Source: a virus. From it: DNA of 64,000 nt. The stretch spans positions 110,187-174,186 of IMG/VR virus record IMGVR_UViG_3300044701_003269, one strand, 5' to 3'. Position 1 is the stretch's first letter, and each line of letters starts with the position of its first letter. A program made the translations under genes and the position numbers. The notes beneath the pieces are model-generated. The model searched no databases and was not told the DNA's origin. It saw nothing but the letters and a program-made list of their open reading frames with translations. Shown piece by piece: positions 1 to 9,295 of the stretch.

Positions 1-1
1 A

Positions 2-385
2 AATATTGATGGTGAATCACTTCAATATACTGTGTATGGGGAAGGTGAGTATTATGGTTGGCATAATGATGCTGGACTTGCTTCTCACTACAAACCAGTT
101 TCTGCAGGTAATCGTGGAACTGGTGAAGAAATTGCTTCAGATTTCATTAATGAAAACTGTGAGAAAGTAAGAAAGTTGTCTTTCAGTTTGCTTCTTTCTG
201 ACCCAGAAACTTATGAAGGTGGAAACTTACAACTTCTTTCGGAGAATGGGAAATCTTATATTGCCCCAAGGCAAAGAGGAACGATTATTCTCTTTGATTC
301 TCGTACACAACACCGAGTTCAGAAAGTAACTAAAGGTGTTCGTAAGAGTTTGGTTGGTTGGACTGTTGGACCTCGTTGGAAGTGA
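2..385 (+). CDS. 2OG-Fe(II) oxygenase (prolyl-hydroxylase-like), 5'-truncated by the window
   Basis: WHND (HxD), RKLSFSLLLS, YEGG, distal H in HRVQKV and RKSLVGW; frame is open back to the window start. Confidence 0.85.
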   Translation, partial: NIDGESLQYTVYGEGEYYGWHNDAGLASHYKPVSAGNRGTGEEIASDFINENCEKVRKLSFSLLLSDPETYEGGNLQLLSENGKSYIAPRQRGTIILFDSRTQHRVQKVTKGVRKSLVGWTVGPRWK

Positions 386-388
386 GTT

Positions 389-1108
389 ATGGCAGAAGAA
401 ATGACACAAGAACAGATTGACTGGCAAGAAAAAGTCAATTCTGGTACATCACCAACAAATAACGAAGAGTTTGATAAGAACGGATATCTGGTTCTAAGAA
501 ATCTTTGGGATCCGAAAGATCTTTATTCAGACCCACCAGTAATCAAAGGACAATACAATTACTTTGGAAAGGTTGATAAGTTCAATCACATCCCAGTAGA
601 AAATCAAGTAGAAGGTTCAACTTCAAGGTATTATTGGCCTCCTTATAAGTTTGCTCATTCTCAAATTCGTCTCAAACTTGAGGAAGCAATTGGTAAGAAA
701 CTTTATAATACTTACTATTACGATAGGTTTTATAATCCAGGACAAGCACTGACAAATCACGCAGACAGACCAGCTTGTGAGATTTCAGTAACAGTTCATA
801 TTGGTTCTAATATCAGTACTCCTTGGCCTATTTGGATTAAGACACCAGATACTTATGATGATGCCAAAAAGAGAACTTTGGTTATAAAAAAAGGTGAAAA
901 TCGTTCAGTGATCTTAAATCCTGGTGATGGTATGATTTACAAAGGGTGTGAGAGACCACACTGGAGAGATCCAATGCCAACTGAGTATCGTAGAACTTGG
1001 TATGGTAAGAAGGTGGAAAAAGAAGGTTTATATTATCATCAAGTCTTTTTCCATTATGTTCTTGCTGATGGTACAAGAGCCCATTGTGCTAATGATATGG
1101 CATCATAA
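389..1108 (+). CDS. 2OG-Fe(II) oxygenase family protein
   Basis: HADRPACEISVT (HxD), GDGMIYKG, HWRDP, QVFFHYV: typical of phage 2OG-Fe(II) oxygenases. Confidence 0.8.
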   Translation: MAEEMTQEQIDWQEKVNSGTSPTNNEEFDKNGYLVLRNLWDPKDLYSDPPVIKGQYNYFGKVDKFNHIPVENQVEGSTSRYYWPPYKFAHSQIRLKLEEAIGKKLYNTYYYDRFYNPGQALTNHADRPACEISVTVHIGSNISTPWPIWIKTPDTYDDAKKRTLVIKKGENRSVILNPGDGMIYKGCERPHWRDPMPTEYRRTWYGKKVEKEGLYYHQVFFHYVLADGTRAHCANDMAS

Positions 1109-1123
1109 AGTGACTAAAGTTTT

Positions 1124-1261
1124 GTGAATGAAAACATTACTGATATTTTGATTGAAGCAATTGAGGATCAGCAAGAGCAAATAAATAGTCTCAAGGAAGA
1201 AAATCAATCTTTAAAAAATAAACTTTATTATGAATTTTGTAAAACTTGCATTGGAAAGTAA
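1124..1261 (+). pseudogene. Possible relic of a tail-fibre intramolecular-chaperone (peptidase S74-type) C-terminal coiled coil
   Basis: Hand translation from GTG gives VNENITDILIEAIEDQQEQINSLKEENQSLKNK, resembling the LIEAIKEQQ chaperone tail; no upstream domain present. Confidence 0.4.
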
Positions 1262-2204
1262 AGGCAGCATAAAGCCTTTACTTATTAACCCAGAAGATCT
1301 TACAGGACCATCAATTACAAATCCTTCTGTCTTTGTTTATCAAAATAAGATATTAGTCAATCTTCGCAATGTAAATTACACTTTATATCACTCAGAACTC
1401 AATAGATTTGAGCATATGTGGGGTCCGTTGTCCTACATTCACCCTGAGAATGATATGCACCTGCGAACGACTAACTACATCGCAGAACTTGATGACAACT
1501 TGGATATAGTTCATTATTCAAAGATAGATACATCTAAGTTTGATACTTACAAACCACAATGGGACTTTGTGGGACTGGAAGATGTTCGTTTAGTAGAATG
1601 GAACGATAAGTTATATGGTATTGGTGTTCGCAGAGATTTAGACACCAAAGGAACTGGAAGAATGGAAATCAGTGAACTTGAGATTTCTGGTTCTGAAGTT
1701 AAGGAAGTGTTCCGATATAGAATTCCAGGACCACCACCTGATAACGAGTACTGTATGAAGAACTGTACTCCAATCTTAGATAAACCATTTCATCTTTTAA
1801 AGTGGACCAATCCAACTTGTTTGATGAAGTTTGATATTACTGGAAAAGAAACAGGGGTATTTGAAACAAATTCATATGCACCTACAAATAATGATTTGAG
1901 AGGTGGTTCTCAGGTCATTCCTTATAAAGGTGGTTACTTGTCAATTTTACACGAAACAGACCTTTATAAGAGTGAACAAGGAAGAAAAAACGCAACTTAT
2001 AGACACCGTTTTGTGATTTGGAATAAAGATTTTCAAATTATTAAAGTATCCAAACTCTTCTCATTTATGAATATGAAGATTGAGTTTTGTTGTGGTATGG
2101 CAGAGTATAAGAATGATTATCTCATTACCTTTGGAGCTCAAGATAATGCTGGGTATATTCTAAAAGTTTCTAAGAGTGTAGTGGAGGACTTTATCAATGA
2201 GTGA
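1230..2204 (+). CDS. Putative beta-propeller glycosidase/phosphorylase-like protein (GH130/GH43-like)
   Basis: NPS, GLEDVRL, KNCTP, RGGSQ, IEFCCG and FGAQD motifs. Confidence 0.6.
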   Translation: MNFVKLALESKGSIKPLLINPEDLTGPSITNPSVFVYQNKILVNLRNVNYTLYHSELNRFEHMWGPLSYIHPENDMHLRTTNYIAELDDNLDIVHYSKIDTSKFDTYKPQWDFVGLEDVRLVEWNDKLYGIGVRRDLDTKGTGRMEISELEISGSEVKEVFRYRIPGPPPDNEYCMKNCTPILDKPFHLLKWTNPTCLMKFDITGKETGVFETNSYAPTNNDLRGGSQVIPYKGGYLSILHETDLYKSEQGRKNATYRHRFVIWNKDFQIIKVSKLFSFMNMKIEFCCGMAEYKNDYLITFGAQDNAGYILKVSKSVVEDFINE

Positions 2205-3435
2205 ACTAATTCAATTTTCTTTAGATACAGAAAATGCAGAGAAGAATTATAATCTTGCCAAATGGTATGAAAATCAGGGACATACTGCACCTGCACTTAC
2301 ATACTATTTGAGAGCATCTGAAAGGACAGAAGATAAAACATTTGCATATAAGTGTCTAATAAAAGGATATTATTGTTATAATTCTCAAAAATCAAGGGAT
2401 AATTCTGAAAAAATATTCCTTCAAAATGCAATTTCCCTTCTACCAAAAAGACCTGAGGCATATTTTCTAATTTCTCAATTTTATGAGAGACAAAAGAATT
2501 GGCAAGAATCTTACATCTATGCATCATTAGGATTAGAATGTTGTGATTTAGATTTAGAACCATTGGAAGAGAGTAATTATCCAGGAAAGTATGGCCTAAT
2601 CTTTCAAAAAGCAGTGTGTGGATATTGGTGGGGTAAGGGACAAGAGGCAAGAATTCTTTTCCAAGATTTGATTGATAATTATCAAATGGAAAAACAGTAT
2701 TATGACCTTGTAGTATCTAATATCACTAAACTTGGTTCAGGTCCGAAAGAAATTGTATTCCGACAATATACTAAAGAAAATTTAGATAAACTCAGATTTA
2801 AATTTGATGGTTGCGAAAACATAAAAGAAAATTATTCACAAGTGTACCAAGATATGTTTACTCTTTTTATGCACGATGGAAAGAGAAATGGAACATACCT
2901 TGAAGTAGGAAGTGGAGACCCATTCTGGCTAAACAATACTTACTTACTTGAGTCACAATTTAACTGGAAAGGAGTTGGTATTGAGTATAACCAATCTCTA
3001 TGTGAAAAATATACCAAAAATCGTAAAAATCCAGTTATTTGTAAAGATGCTCACCAAGTTAATTTTAGAGAACTTCTGAACTCTTCTTTTGGCACTAAAG
3101 AAATTGATTACCTACAACTTGATTGCGAACCATCAGAATCAACTTATAGAATACTGACATCATTACCCTTAGATGAATATAAGTTTGCTGTGATTACATA
3201 CGAACACGATTATTATGTTGATGTCTCAAGGACATATAGAGATAAATCAAGGGAGTATTTGAAGTCCAAAGGATATAAACTTGTGGTTTCAAATGTTTCA
3301 CCAACAACTTGGAGTTCTTTTGAAGACTGGTGGGTTCATCCGGATTTAATTTCCAAGAAAAGAATTAAACAAATTAAAAACAAAGACAAATCTGTTAAAA
3401 AAATAGACGATTATATGCTTAGTGGACAGTCATAA
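2197..3435 (+). CDS. TPR-repeat protein fused to a FkbM-like SAM methyltransferase domain
   Basis: N-terminal TPR-like helices (PKRPEAYF); C-terminal YSQVYQD, YLEVGSGDP, NNTYLLE, IDYLQLDCE, ITYEHD, FEDWWV. Confidence 0.7.
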   Translation: MSELIQFSLDTENAEKNYNLAKWYENQGHTAPALTYYLRASERTEDKTFAYKCLIKGYYCYNSQKSRDNSEKIFLQNAISLLPKRPEAYFLISQFYERQKNWQESYIYASLGLECCDLDLEPLEESNYPGKYGLIFQKAVCGYWWGKGQEARILFQDLIDNYQMEKQYYDLVVSNITKLGSGPKEIVFRQYTKENLDKLRFKFDGCENIKENYSQVYQDMFTLFMHDGKRNGTYLEVGSGDPFWLNNTYLLESQFNWKGVGIEYNQSLCEKYTKNRKNPVICKDAHQVNFRELLNSSFGTKEIDYLQLDCEPSESTYRILTSLPLDEYKFAVITYEHDYYVDVSRTYRDKSREYLKSKGYKLVVSNVSPTTWSSFEDWWVHPDLISKKRIKQIKNKDKSVKKIDDYMLSGQS

Positions 3436-3480
3436 AACTGTCACACCCTACCCCTGAAAGACCTTCAGGGGTTTTATAGT
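3425..3480 (+). promoter_or_regulatory. Early promoter module: GACAGT-N6-ACTGTC palindrome, stem-loop and -10 TATAGT
   Basis: Palindrome 3425-3442, hairpin 3450-3472, TATAGT 3475-3480. Confidence 0.6.
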
Positions 3481-3502
3481 AGCCACAGTTCACCAGATAC
3501 CA

Positions 3503-3607
3503 ATGAGGTATTCCAACCTAGACCGACTGATTTTTGTTGGTAGTTTTATTTGGGTCGCACACTGGGCGACAAAAGTATCTGAAGTCGTCCTTAAGTCTTT
3601 GTTCTGA
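3503..3607 (+). CDS. Small hypothetical membrane peptide (34 aa)
   Basis: Hand translation MRYSNLDRLIFVGSFIWVAHWATKVSEVVLKSLF; stop overlaps the next ATG. Confidence 0.5.
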   Translation: MRYSNLDRLIFVGSFIWVAHWATKVSEVVLKSLF

Positions 3608-4035
3608 TGTATTCCCTTGATATTACGGGATATAATGCCCGTAAGAGACGTGTAGAAGACACTGTGGCTTGGTTTCTTGGGAAATACTTACCACGTCATC
3701 ACATTCACGTTGAAGTGCTACATAGAGGTCTTCGTAGGGAAGAATCTTATGGGTATTGTTCTGTCTCTGGAGACATTTACAGACCCCGTGAGTTTCTGAT
3801 TGAAATTGACCCTAAACTTGACCTTGAGCTTTATACAAAGACAATCATACACGAGTTAATTCATCTTCGTCAATGGGTTCAAGGAACTCTGAAAGAACGT
3901 AGAGGAAAGATGTATTACAAGGACATTAATTGTGATGACTTAGATTACTGGGAACAACCACACGAAGTAGAAGCTCACTCACTCGAACAGATGTATTACG
4001 AAGACTACTTGACGGATACCCATAAGAGTGTGTAG
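3607..4035 (+). CDS. Zn metallopeptidase-like (HExxH) phage protein
   Basis: TIIHELIHLRQW followed by YWEQPHEVEA. Confidence 0.7.
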   Translation: MYSLDITGYNARKRRVEDTVAWFLGKYLPRHHIHVEVLHRGLRREESYGYCSVSGDIYRPREFLIEIDPKLDLELYTKTIIHELIHLRQWVQGTLKERRGKMYYKDINCDDLDYWEQPHEVEAHSLEQMYYEDYLTDTHKSV

Positions 4036-4079
4036 AATACCTTTGTCGAGGTTGATAAAAATATAGGCTCATAAAGCTC

Positions 4080-4574
4080 ATGAAAACAGTAGAAAGACAC
4101 AAATACGATAAGAATACCATCGTAAAGACAAGAAGATTAATTTTTAATCCTTATGAATATACTGAAAAGAATATGTGTCTTGTTGTGGGGTTGGTTCGTA
4201 GGAACTTAACCCCAGATTTGTTGAAAGGTAGAAAGAAACTGATGTATCCTGATGATGTAAAGACTAATCCCTGTTACGGTCATTGCTATCATTCCAGTCA
4301 AGCATTATTTTATCTTATGAATACAGACCAGTTAGTTCCAATGAGTGCAGAAGACTACAGAGGAGAAAAGCACTGGTGGTTACAGAATGGTGAAAAGATT
4401 TATGATGTAACTGCAGAGCAATATTATACTGTAGGGAAACTACCTCCTTATGCTTCTGGTAAGAAAACGGCATGGTATGGATGGAAAGGAAGACCACAAC
4501 AGATTTCATTAGATTTGATGGTTAGAGTACTTGGTGAGCGATTAGTGAGTGATGAGACATTCAAGGTCAATTAA
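4080..4574 (+). CDS. Hypothetical protein (possible Cys-His-Asp papain/transglutaminase-like triad)
   Basis: GHCY...HWWL...IYDVTAEQY; ends inside repeat copy 1. Confidence 0.6.
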   Translation: MKTVERHKYDKNTIVKTRRLIFNPYEYTEKNMCLVVGLVRRNLTPDLLKGRKKLMYPDDVKTNPCYGHCYHSSQALFYLMNTDQLVPMSAEDYRGEKHWWLQNGEKIYDVTAEQYYTVGKLPPYASGKKTAWYGWKGRPQQISLDLMVRVLGERLVSDETFKVN

Positions 4575-4604
4575 AGTTACTTAGCTCTAAAGTGGATCTA
4601 TAGT
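4569..4604 (+). repeat. 36-bp cassette-boundary repeat, copy 1
   Basis: AATTAAAGTTACTTAGCTCTAAAGTGGATCTATAGT. Confidence 0.95.
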
Positions 4605-4624
4605 GTGAGGGACAAACGGTTCAT

Positions 4625-4697
4625 ACCACTTCCTTCACTGCCACACTTGACAATGCTCTTCTGCTTTGTTATAGTAATCACGTTGGAAATTTCCAAC
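4625..4697 (+). promoter_or_regulatory. Sigma70-type promoter with upstream palindrome-like motif and a downstream perfect 16-bp palindrome
   Basis: ACCACT-N6-ACTGCC 4625-4642; TTGACA 4647-4652, 17 bp, TATAGT 4670-4675; GTTGGAAATTTCCAAC 4682-4697. Confidence 0.75.
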
Positions 4698-4738
4698 ACA
4701 ATGGTTCCGCTGCCTTAAAGCGTGTTCTTTACTTACAA

Positions 4739-5959
4739 TTGTCAATCATGACCACCGTTTCATATTCCGACAACCAGGTCGGTTCTTTTGCGCAAAAAAT
4801 CCTTGGAATTAAACTTCTAGAGGATTCTAAATTTGCGAAACTTCGTAATATGGTTGAGGATAATCTTGACCAAGTTGAGGTCATTTATCCTGAAGGAGAA
4901 TGTTCTCTCGATGTTGAAAATTTTGTTGAAAAACAAAAAAATCAAACTAATGAAAAACAAACCTATTCTGTTTCAGTTCCTGTAAATCTTATTGAATATG
5001 CTCAAGGACAAATTCGTTTAATTCAACCTAGTTTTTGTGAAGAAAATTTCACAAACTATAAATTTAAAGTAAATTTCCAGGAGTCAGAAACTCCGGTGTT
5101 TATCTTTAATGAAAAAACTGGAAGGTTTCAAGTTACTAAAAAACAACATACTACAATGCAAGCTTTGGCAATTGCATCTGCAGTAAATCCTAACATGACG
5201 ATTAGGGGTCGTGTTGTTGCTTTTAACTCAGATGTTAATCAAGAAGTCCGCGATCTTGAAGCATCTAATATTTTTTACCGAGAGGTAAAATCTATCAATA
5301 CCACAAAAGATTGGGAAAAACTTGAGCACCGCTGTCAACTTCATGAAGAAAGTGCTCTTCGTACTCGCTCCTTTTATCTGAGTATTCCTGGACTTACTTG
5401 GCAACCAGTTTCTCACGCTTATCCATTGGTGCAAAATTCTAAATGCACCATCACAAAAGTTCGTGAAATGGAACGCCTTGTTGGATGGGCTATTAACGAT
5501 GACCGTCTAGATGTTCTGAAGGAGATTGTTGAATCTCTTTCCACAGAAATCAATTGGGACAAAGAATCAGAATCTAAAGAAATTTCTTCATATCTTGTCA
5601 AAGCACTTTATAATTTTGATAAGATTATGGTTCCAATCTATGAAGAAAAAACTGGTGAAACTTTCGATACAATTGAATTTATTCGCTGGTACTTTAAGAA
5701 CAAAGTCCGTAAACAATCCATGGTGATTGGTAGCACTAAAGATACTAAAGGTGCCTGGCTTCAAGTTCTTCAAGTGTGCAATCGTGTTAACAACTACATG
5801 ACGAGTGAAGGTTTCGTTGAAGAAGCTTTCTTCACTTCAAAGAACAAATCTTTTGTTCAGTCTGTAATTAACCTCTGCAATGCAAATCGTAAAAAGGGAA
5901 ACTTGACTCCAGAAAAAGAAATCAAAGGTCAAATTACCGCTCGCTGCGATAGTTTCTAA
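4739..5959 (+). CDS. ParB/Srx-fold-like protein (DUF6551/DGQHR-like, degenerate motif); ATG start may be at 4748
   Basis: GRFQVTKKQHTT aligns by eye with VIDGQHT; followed by EASNIFYREVKSINTTKDWEK. Confidence 0.45.
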   Translation: MSIMTTVSYSDNQVGSFAQKILGIKLLEDSKFAKLRNMVEDNLDQVEVIYPEGECSLDVENFVEKQKNQTNEKQTYSVSVPVNLIEYAQGQIRLIQPSFCEENFTNYKFKVNFQESETPVFIFNEKTGRFQVTKKQHTTMQALAIASAVNPNMTIRGRVVAFNSDVNQEVRDLEASNIFYREVKSINTTKDWEKLEHRCQLHEESALRTRSFYLSIPGLTWQPVSHAYPLVQNSKCTITKVREMERLVGWAINDDRLDVLKEIVESLSTEINWDKESESKEISSYLVKALYNFDKIMVPIYEEKTGETFDTIEFIRWYFKNKVRKQSMVIGSTKDTKGAWLQVLQVCNRVNNYMTSEGFVEEAFFTSKNKSFVQSVINLCNANRKKGNLTPEKEIKGQITARCDSF

Positions 5960-6015
5960 TCCAGTAACCACACTGTCACAAGGGGTCGCTACTGACCCCT
6001 TTTTTGTTCTATAAT
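5960..6015 (+). promoter_or_regulatory. Early promoter/terminator module
   Basis: TCCAGT-N6-ACTGTC 5960-5977; hairpin AAGGGGTC/GACCCCTT plus T-run 5980-6005; TATAAT 6010-6015. Confidence 0.6.
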
Positions 6016-6036
6016 ACCTTCAGTTCTTAAAACACC

Positions 6037-6243
6037 ATGCCTACTAAGGTCAAAAAACAACTCATCAATGTTGCACCCAAGAGTTCGAAAGCGAAGAACC
6101 GCTTTTCAAATCTGATGGATAGACTTCACGCAATGGAAGTAGAGCAAGAGAATGAAACACAATTGTTTGTAGTTTCTATTAACCACCAATACTGCTTTTG
6201 GTTGAATAAGGAAAATGACCCACATTGGAACATTATTAAATAG
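6037..6243 (+). CDS. Hypothetical phage protein
   Basis: ORF directly downstream of a promoter module. Confidence 0.7.
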   Translation: MPTKVKKQLINVAPKSSKAKNRFSNLMDRLHAMEVEQENETQLFVVSINHQYCFWLNKENDPHWNIIK

Positions 6244-6260
6244 CTGTTAGTTGGAAAGTT

Positions 6261-6446
6261 ATGGTTGCCTTACTTGCTACAACTGTAATCAGCTGCTCTG
6301 ATGCTTTTAGGATTATTAATCGCATTGGAAATGTAATCGGACTTTCATATCAACAAAAGATAGAAGTCGTTAAAGTAGTCAGCCAGCACGTTCCTTCCTG
6401 TCCTCTGAAAATTATTTCTGATGAAAGACCAAAATCCAGTGATTGA
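6261..6446 (+). CDS. Hypothetical protein
   Basis: ORF track; packed gene run. Confidence 0.6.
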   Translation: MVALLATTVISCSDAFRIINRIGNVIGLSYQQKIEVVKVVSQHVPSCPLKIISDERPKSSD

Positions 6447-6615
6447 TGAAGAATCCAAAGACATAAAGTGGAATCGTGGGTTAGATTTGTTTATTGAATC
6501 AGTGCATAAACCTGATAGTGAGTTGCGACAGTGTGCTCACAATCAAAAATGCTACAATGAGTTAATGGAAGTGCGTGCTACTGTGCTAGAATATCTAAAA
6601 ACAATAAGAAGATGA
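6421..6615 (+). CDS. Hypothetical phage protein
   Basis: ORF track; ATGA overlap with the next gene. Confidence 0.7.
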   Translation: MKDQNPVIDEESKDIKWNRGLDLFIESVHKPDSELRQCAHNQKCYNELMEVRATVLEYLKTIRR

Positions 6616-6848
6616 CAGCACAATACATCTATCTCATCATCTTCTTTTGTGTTGGATATTTAATCGTTACAGATCAAAGTGTTGCAAGAGCAGTTGTATT
6701 TGTAACTCAAATCCTTAAGAATAAGTTTCTGGTGTTTAAGTGGTGGTTCATTCATAATCCCCGTCTTCCTTGGGCAAAGTATTCAATGTATAGAAACTCT
6801 ATGAAGATGGCAGAGGATCTAATGAAAGAACTTGAGGGCAGACAATAA
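6612..6848 (+). CDS. Hypothetical membrane protein
   Basis: Hydrophobic N-terminus. Confidence 0.7.
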   Translation: MTAQYIYLIIFFCVGYLIVTDQSVARAVVFVTQILKNKFLVFKWWFIHNPRLPWAKYSMYRNSMKMAEDLMKELEGRQ

Positions 6849-6893
6849 ACTGTCACACGACCCATTGATTTTTCTGTCAATGGGTCTTATAGT
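6837..6893 (+). promoter_or_regulatory. Early promoter module with -35 embedded in a stem-loop
   Basis: GGCAGA-N6-ACTGTC; hairpin GACCCATTGA/TCAATGGGTC 6859-6886; TTGATT-17-TATAGT. Confidence 0.65.
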
Positions 6894-6911
6894 ATAAACA
6901 TTGAAACACCT

Positions 6912-7343
6912 TTGAAAATGTCTTATTCTGCCGAGGTCAAATTTTCTTTTGACGCCACATTCACGCCCTCTTATAGTTCTTCATTCTCTGATGATGACTT
7001 TATCCCAGAAGAACACTATTTGATTACTGCTCCTGCTGCAGATTTGAATGCAAAGCAGTATTTCAAACTGTTTGAGAAGTTTCTGCTGTGTGTTGGTATG
7101 AACCCTGCAAGTATTCGTAGTGGTGCTATGTCTCTGGTGTTTAATGAATGGGTTATTGAAGAAGAACAGCGTAAGGTCTGTGAGGAATATGAACTGACAA
7201 TGAATGAAGACCTCCACAATAGGTTCATTGAGTGGAAGAAGAATGAAGAAGAACTTGCAGAAAAGATTGCAAACTCTGTGATTGGTGCAATGGGAACTGT
7301 ACTGTCTGAAGAAGAACTAACCAACTTGGAGGAAGGTAAGTGA
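6912..7343 (+). CDS. Hypothetical protein
   Basis: 143-aa ORF after promoter; ATG alternative at 6918. Confidence 0.7.
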   Translation: MKMSYSAEVKFSFDATFTPSYSSSFSDDDFIPEEHYLITAPAADLNAKQYFKLFEKFLLCVGMNPASIRSGAMSLVFNEWVIEEEQRKVCEEYELTMNEDLHNRFIEWKKNEEELAEKIANSVIGAMGTVLSEEELTNLEEGK

Positions 7344-7537
7344 GTGATAGGTCGCAAGAGTTTATGAGTTTCGTATGGGACCAACGAAACAATCAAGGTG
7401 CTGATACTGAAGAAAAACTGGTCGCAGCTATTCTTTCCATTGCTGCCGAATATGTAGTCTCATACAACGCACAGGATGGAAGAGTTGTATTGGATAAAAA
7501 TGACTTATTGCAACTTGCTGAGGAACTAAAGCAATGA
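7340..7537 (+). CDS. Hypothetical protein
   Basis: 4-nt overlaps with both neighbours. Confidence 0.65.
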   Translation: MSDRSQEFMSFVWDQRNNQGADTEEKLVAAILSIAAEYVVSYNAQDGRVVLDKNDLLQLAEELKQ

Positions 7538-7806
7538 AACTGATTTCTTTTAAACACCGTGAAGATTACGGGCACGAATGGTACGTTCAAGTTCTTCATA
7601 ACAAATACTGGGCGCTTCTTCAAGCATCCGTTTCTTATAATGATTTTCCGTCGTGGCCCTATATCCAAATAAAATCGGGGATGGGGTCGTTATTAAGTCT
7701 TATGGTCTGTGTTTATAAACTGGGATTTGATATTGGTATCTGTGAGCACACTTGGAACTTTGAATACCTTAATGAACTTGATGGTGAGGAAGATGAAAAA
7801 ACTTGA
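7534..7806 (+). CDS. Hypothetical protein
   Basis: ORF track; packed gene run. Confidence 0.65.
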   Translation: MKLISFKHREDYGHEWYVQVLHNKYWALLQASVSYNDFPSWPYIQIKSGMGSLLSLMVCVYKLGFDIGICEHTWNFEYLNELDGEEDEKT

Positions 7807-8041
7807 ATTTCGTCCAGTCACAATCACTTATGTGAGGACTATGATGTTCACACCAACAGCAGAAACATTTGAAGACTGGGATGTAGAACCAACACAAGAG
7901 AGTGTTTATGACTGGGCAGTAGAAGAGTTTCTCACTACAATAGAAGAAGAAGCAAAGGATGGTGAGTGGAGAAACTTTACCATTATTACAGAAGACCAAC
8001 CACCAGTAGAAGTTGAATGGGGTGAAGAAGATTATGACTGA
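7793..8041 (+). CDS. Hypothetical acidic protein (start reassigned to MKKLEF)
   Basis: GAGGA SD before ATG 7793 within ORF 7709-8041. Confidence 0.6.
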   Translation: MKKLEFRPVTITYVRTMMFTPTAETFEDWDVEPTQESVYDWAVEEFLTTIEEEAKDGEWRNFTIITEDQPPVEVEWGEEDYD

Positions 8042-8252
8042 ACGAGCACAAAAAATCTGGGATACTTACATCAACGGATATTCTGAAGCACTAATGACCC
8101 CTGTGGAGAATTTTTCTACTTATTTGGATAATGATAGTAGAAAGATTATTGCTTCTGTTCTCCGTGAAGTCATCAACCAACTCCAACAAAGCCCTGGTGT
8201 GATTATGTGTGCTGATGTGTTAGAATTGTGTGAGGAGATTGAAAACTTATGA
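8034..8252 (+). CDS. Hypothetical protein
   Basis: MTERAQ start within ORF 8013-8252. Confidence 0.6.
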   Translation: MTERAQKIWDTYINGYSEALMTPVENFSTYLDNDSRKIIASVLREVINQLQQSPGVIMCADVLELCEEIENL

Positions 8253-8539
8253 ACTCCAACATCAAAGACAATCTATTCCAAATTCAAGAGGTTGCTAACA
8301 AAGCCCTGGAACTTCATAAGAACTCCACAGAACGATTTGGTGGTGTAAATTATGCTAACCTACGAGTGGTGGATGTATGGGTGAAGTATAGTATTCACGA
8401 AGAGGATTTGGAGTATGGTGTGCTGATTGAAGAGTGCTCACCAACTGCTTATGATTTACAGGATTATATGTTAGAATACTTGAAAGATAATCTACCTAAT
8501 AATTTGGGGTGGAGCATTTATGTGGAGTTGGATTGGTAA
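8249..8539 (+). CDS. Hypothetical protein
   Basis: ORF track; GAGGAG upstream. Confidence 0.65.
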   Translation: MNSNIKDNLFQIQEVANKALELHKNSTERFGGVNYANLRVVDVWVKYSIHEEDLEYGVLIEECSPTAYDLQDYMLEYLKDNLPNNLGWSIYVELDW

Positions 8540-8703
8540 TGACTAAAACACAATCAGCATTAGAACGAGTTATTATTGAACTTGATAGTTGGTGTGATAA
8601 TTGGACTCCCACATCTTATAATGACCCTCGCATTAGTTTGAGACAGATTGCTGACCGTGCCCGTAATGTTTTAGAACAGGAGAAAACGAATGAAAGCTGC
8701 TAA
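8539..8703 (+). CDS. Hypothetical protein
   Basis: MTKTQS start coupled to the upstream stop. Confidence 0.55.
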   Translation: MTKTQSALERVIIELDSWCDNWTPTSYNDPRISLRQIADRARNVLEQEKTNESC

Positions 8704-8846
8704 TGTTATCTTTTACACTTTGGTGGGTGTTTGTGTAATGGGAATGATTTATAGTAATTCAAAACCAGACAAAACACCACAACATACTTCCACAGTTTCT
8801 GGTTCCTCTGGAGAACTTAACTGTGGTACATCTTGCACCACTAAAA

Positions 8847-9113
8847 ATGACCCTTGAAGAAATCCTAGAAGAATACGGACAGGAAGTATTAGATACTTAC
8901 TACGAACTCTTCCCAGATAAAAACCTATCAAAGTTCCCTGACCGTTTCTGTGGCCCTGTTGGTGATTATGCTGACTTTGTGTTAGACTGTTATCATTCAA
9001 CTGGTAGTGATGAGTTAGAAAGTATTGAAGACTTTGAGAACGGAGTCTTTCAAGAGTATTACTATTACTGCCACAATACCAACACTGGATTTGTATTTTA
9101 TAATGAACGATGA
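8847..9113 (+). CDS. Hypothetical acidic protein (loosely ArdA-antirestriction-like)
   Basis: Very acidic; FCGPVGDYADF...GFVF pattern. Confidence 0.5.
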   Translation: MTLEEILEEYGQEVLDTYYELFPDKNLSKFPDRFCGPVGDYADFVLDCYHSTGSDELESIEDFENGVFQEYYYYCHNTNTGFVFYNER

Positions 9114-9295
9114 CTGAACGCAACTTTACCAAAGAACTCTTATACACATATTATAATGATATGGAAGGTGGAGATGATGTTGAGAGTATTGACTATCGTT
9201 CTCTAATTCACATTATCACTGAACTTTGTGATAGAATAGAGCAGTTGGAGAAGGACAATGAACTACGGAAATCTTATGATTGGAGAGGGGTATGA
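9110..9295 (+). CDS. Hypothetical protein
   Basis: ORF track. Confidence 0.6.
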   Translation: MTERNFTKELLYTYYNDMEGGDDVESIDYRSLIHIITELCDRIEQLEKDNELRKSYDWRGV

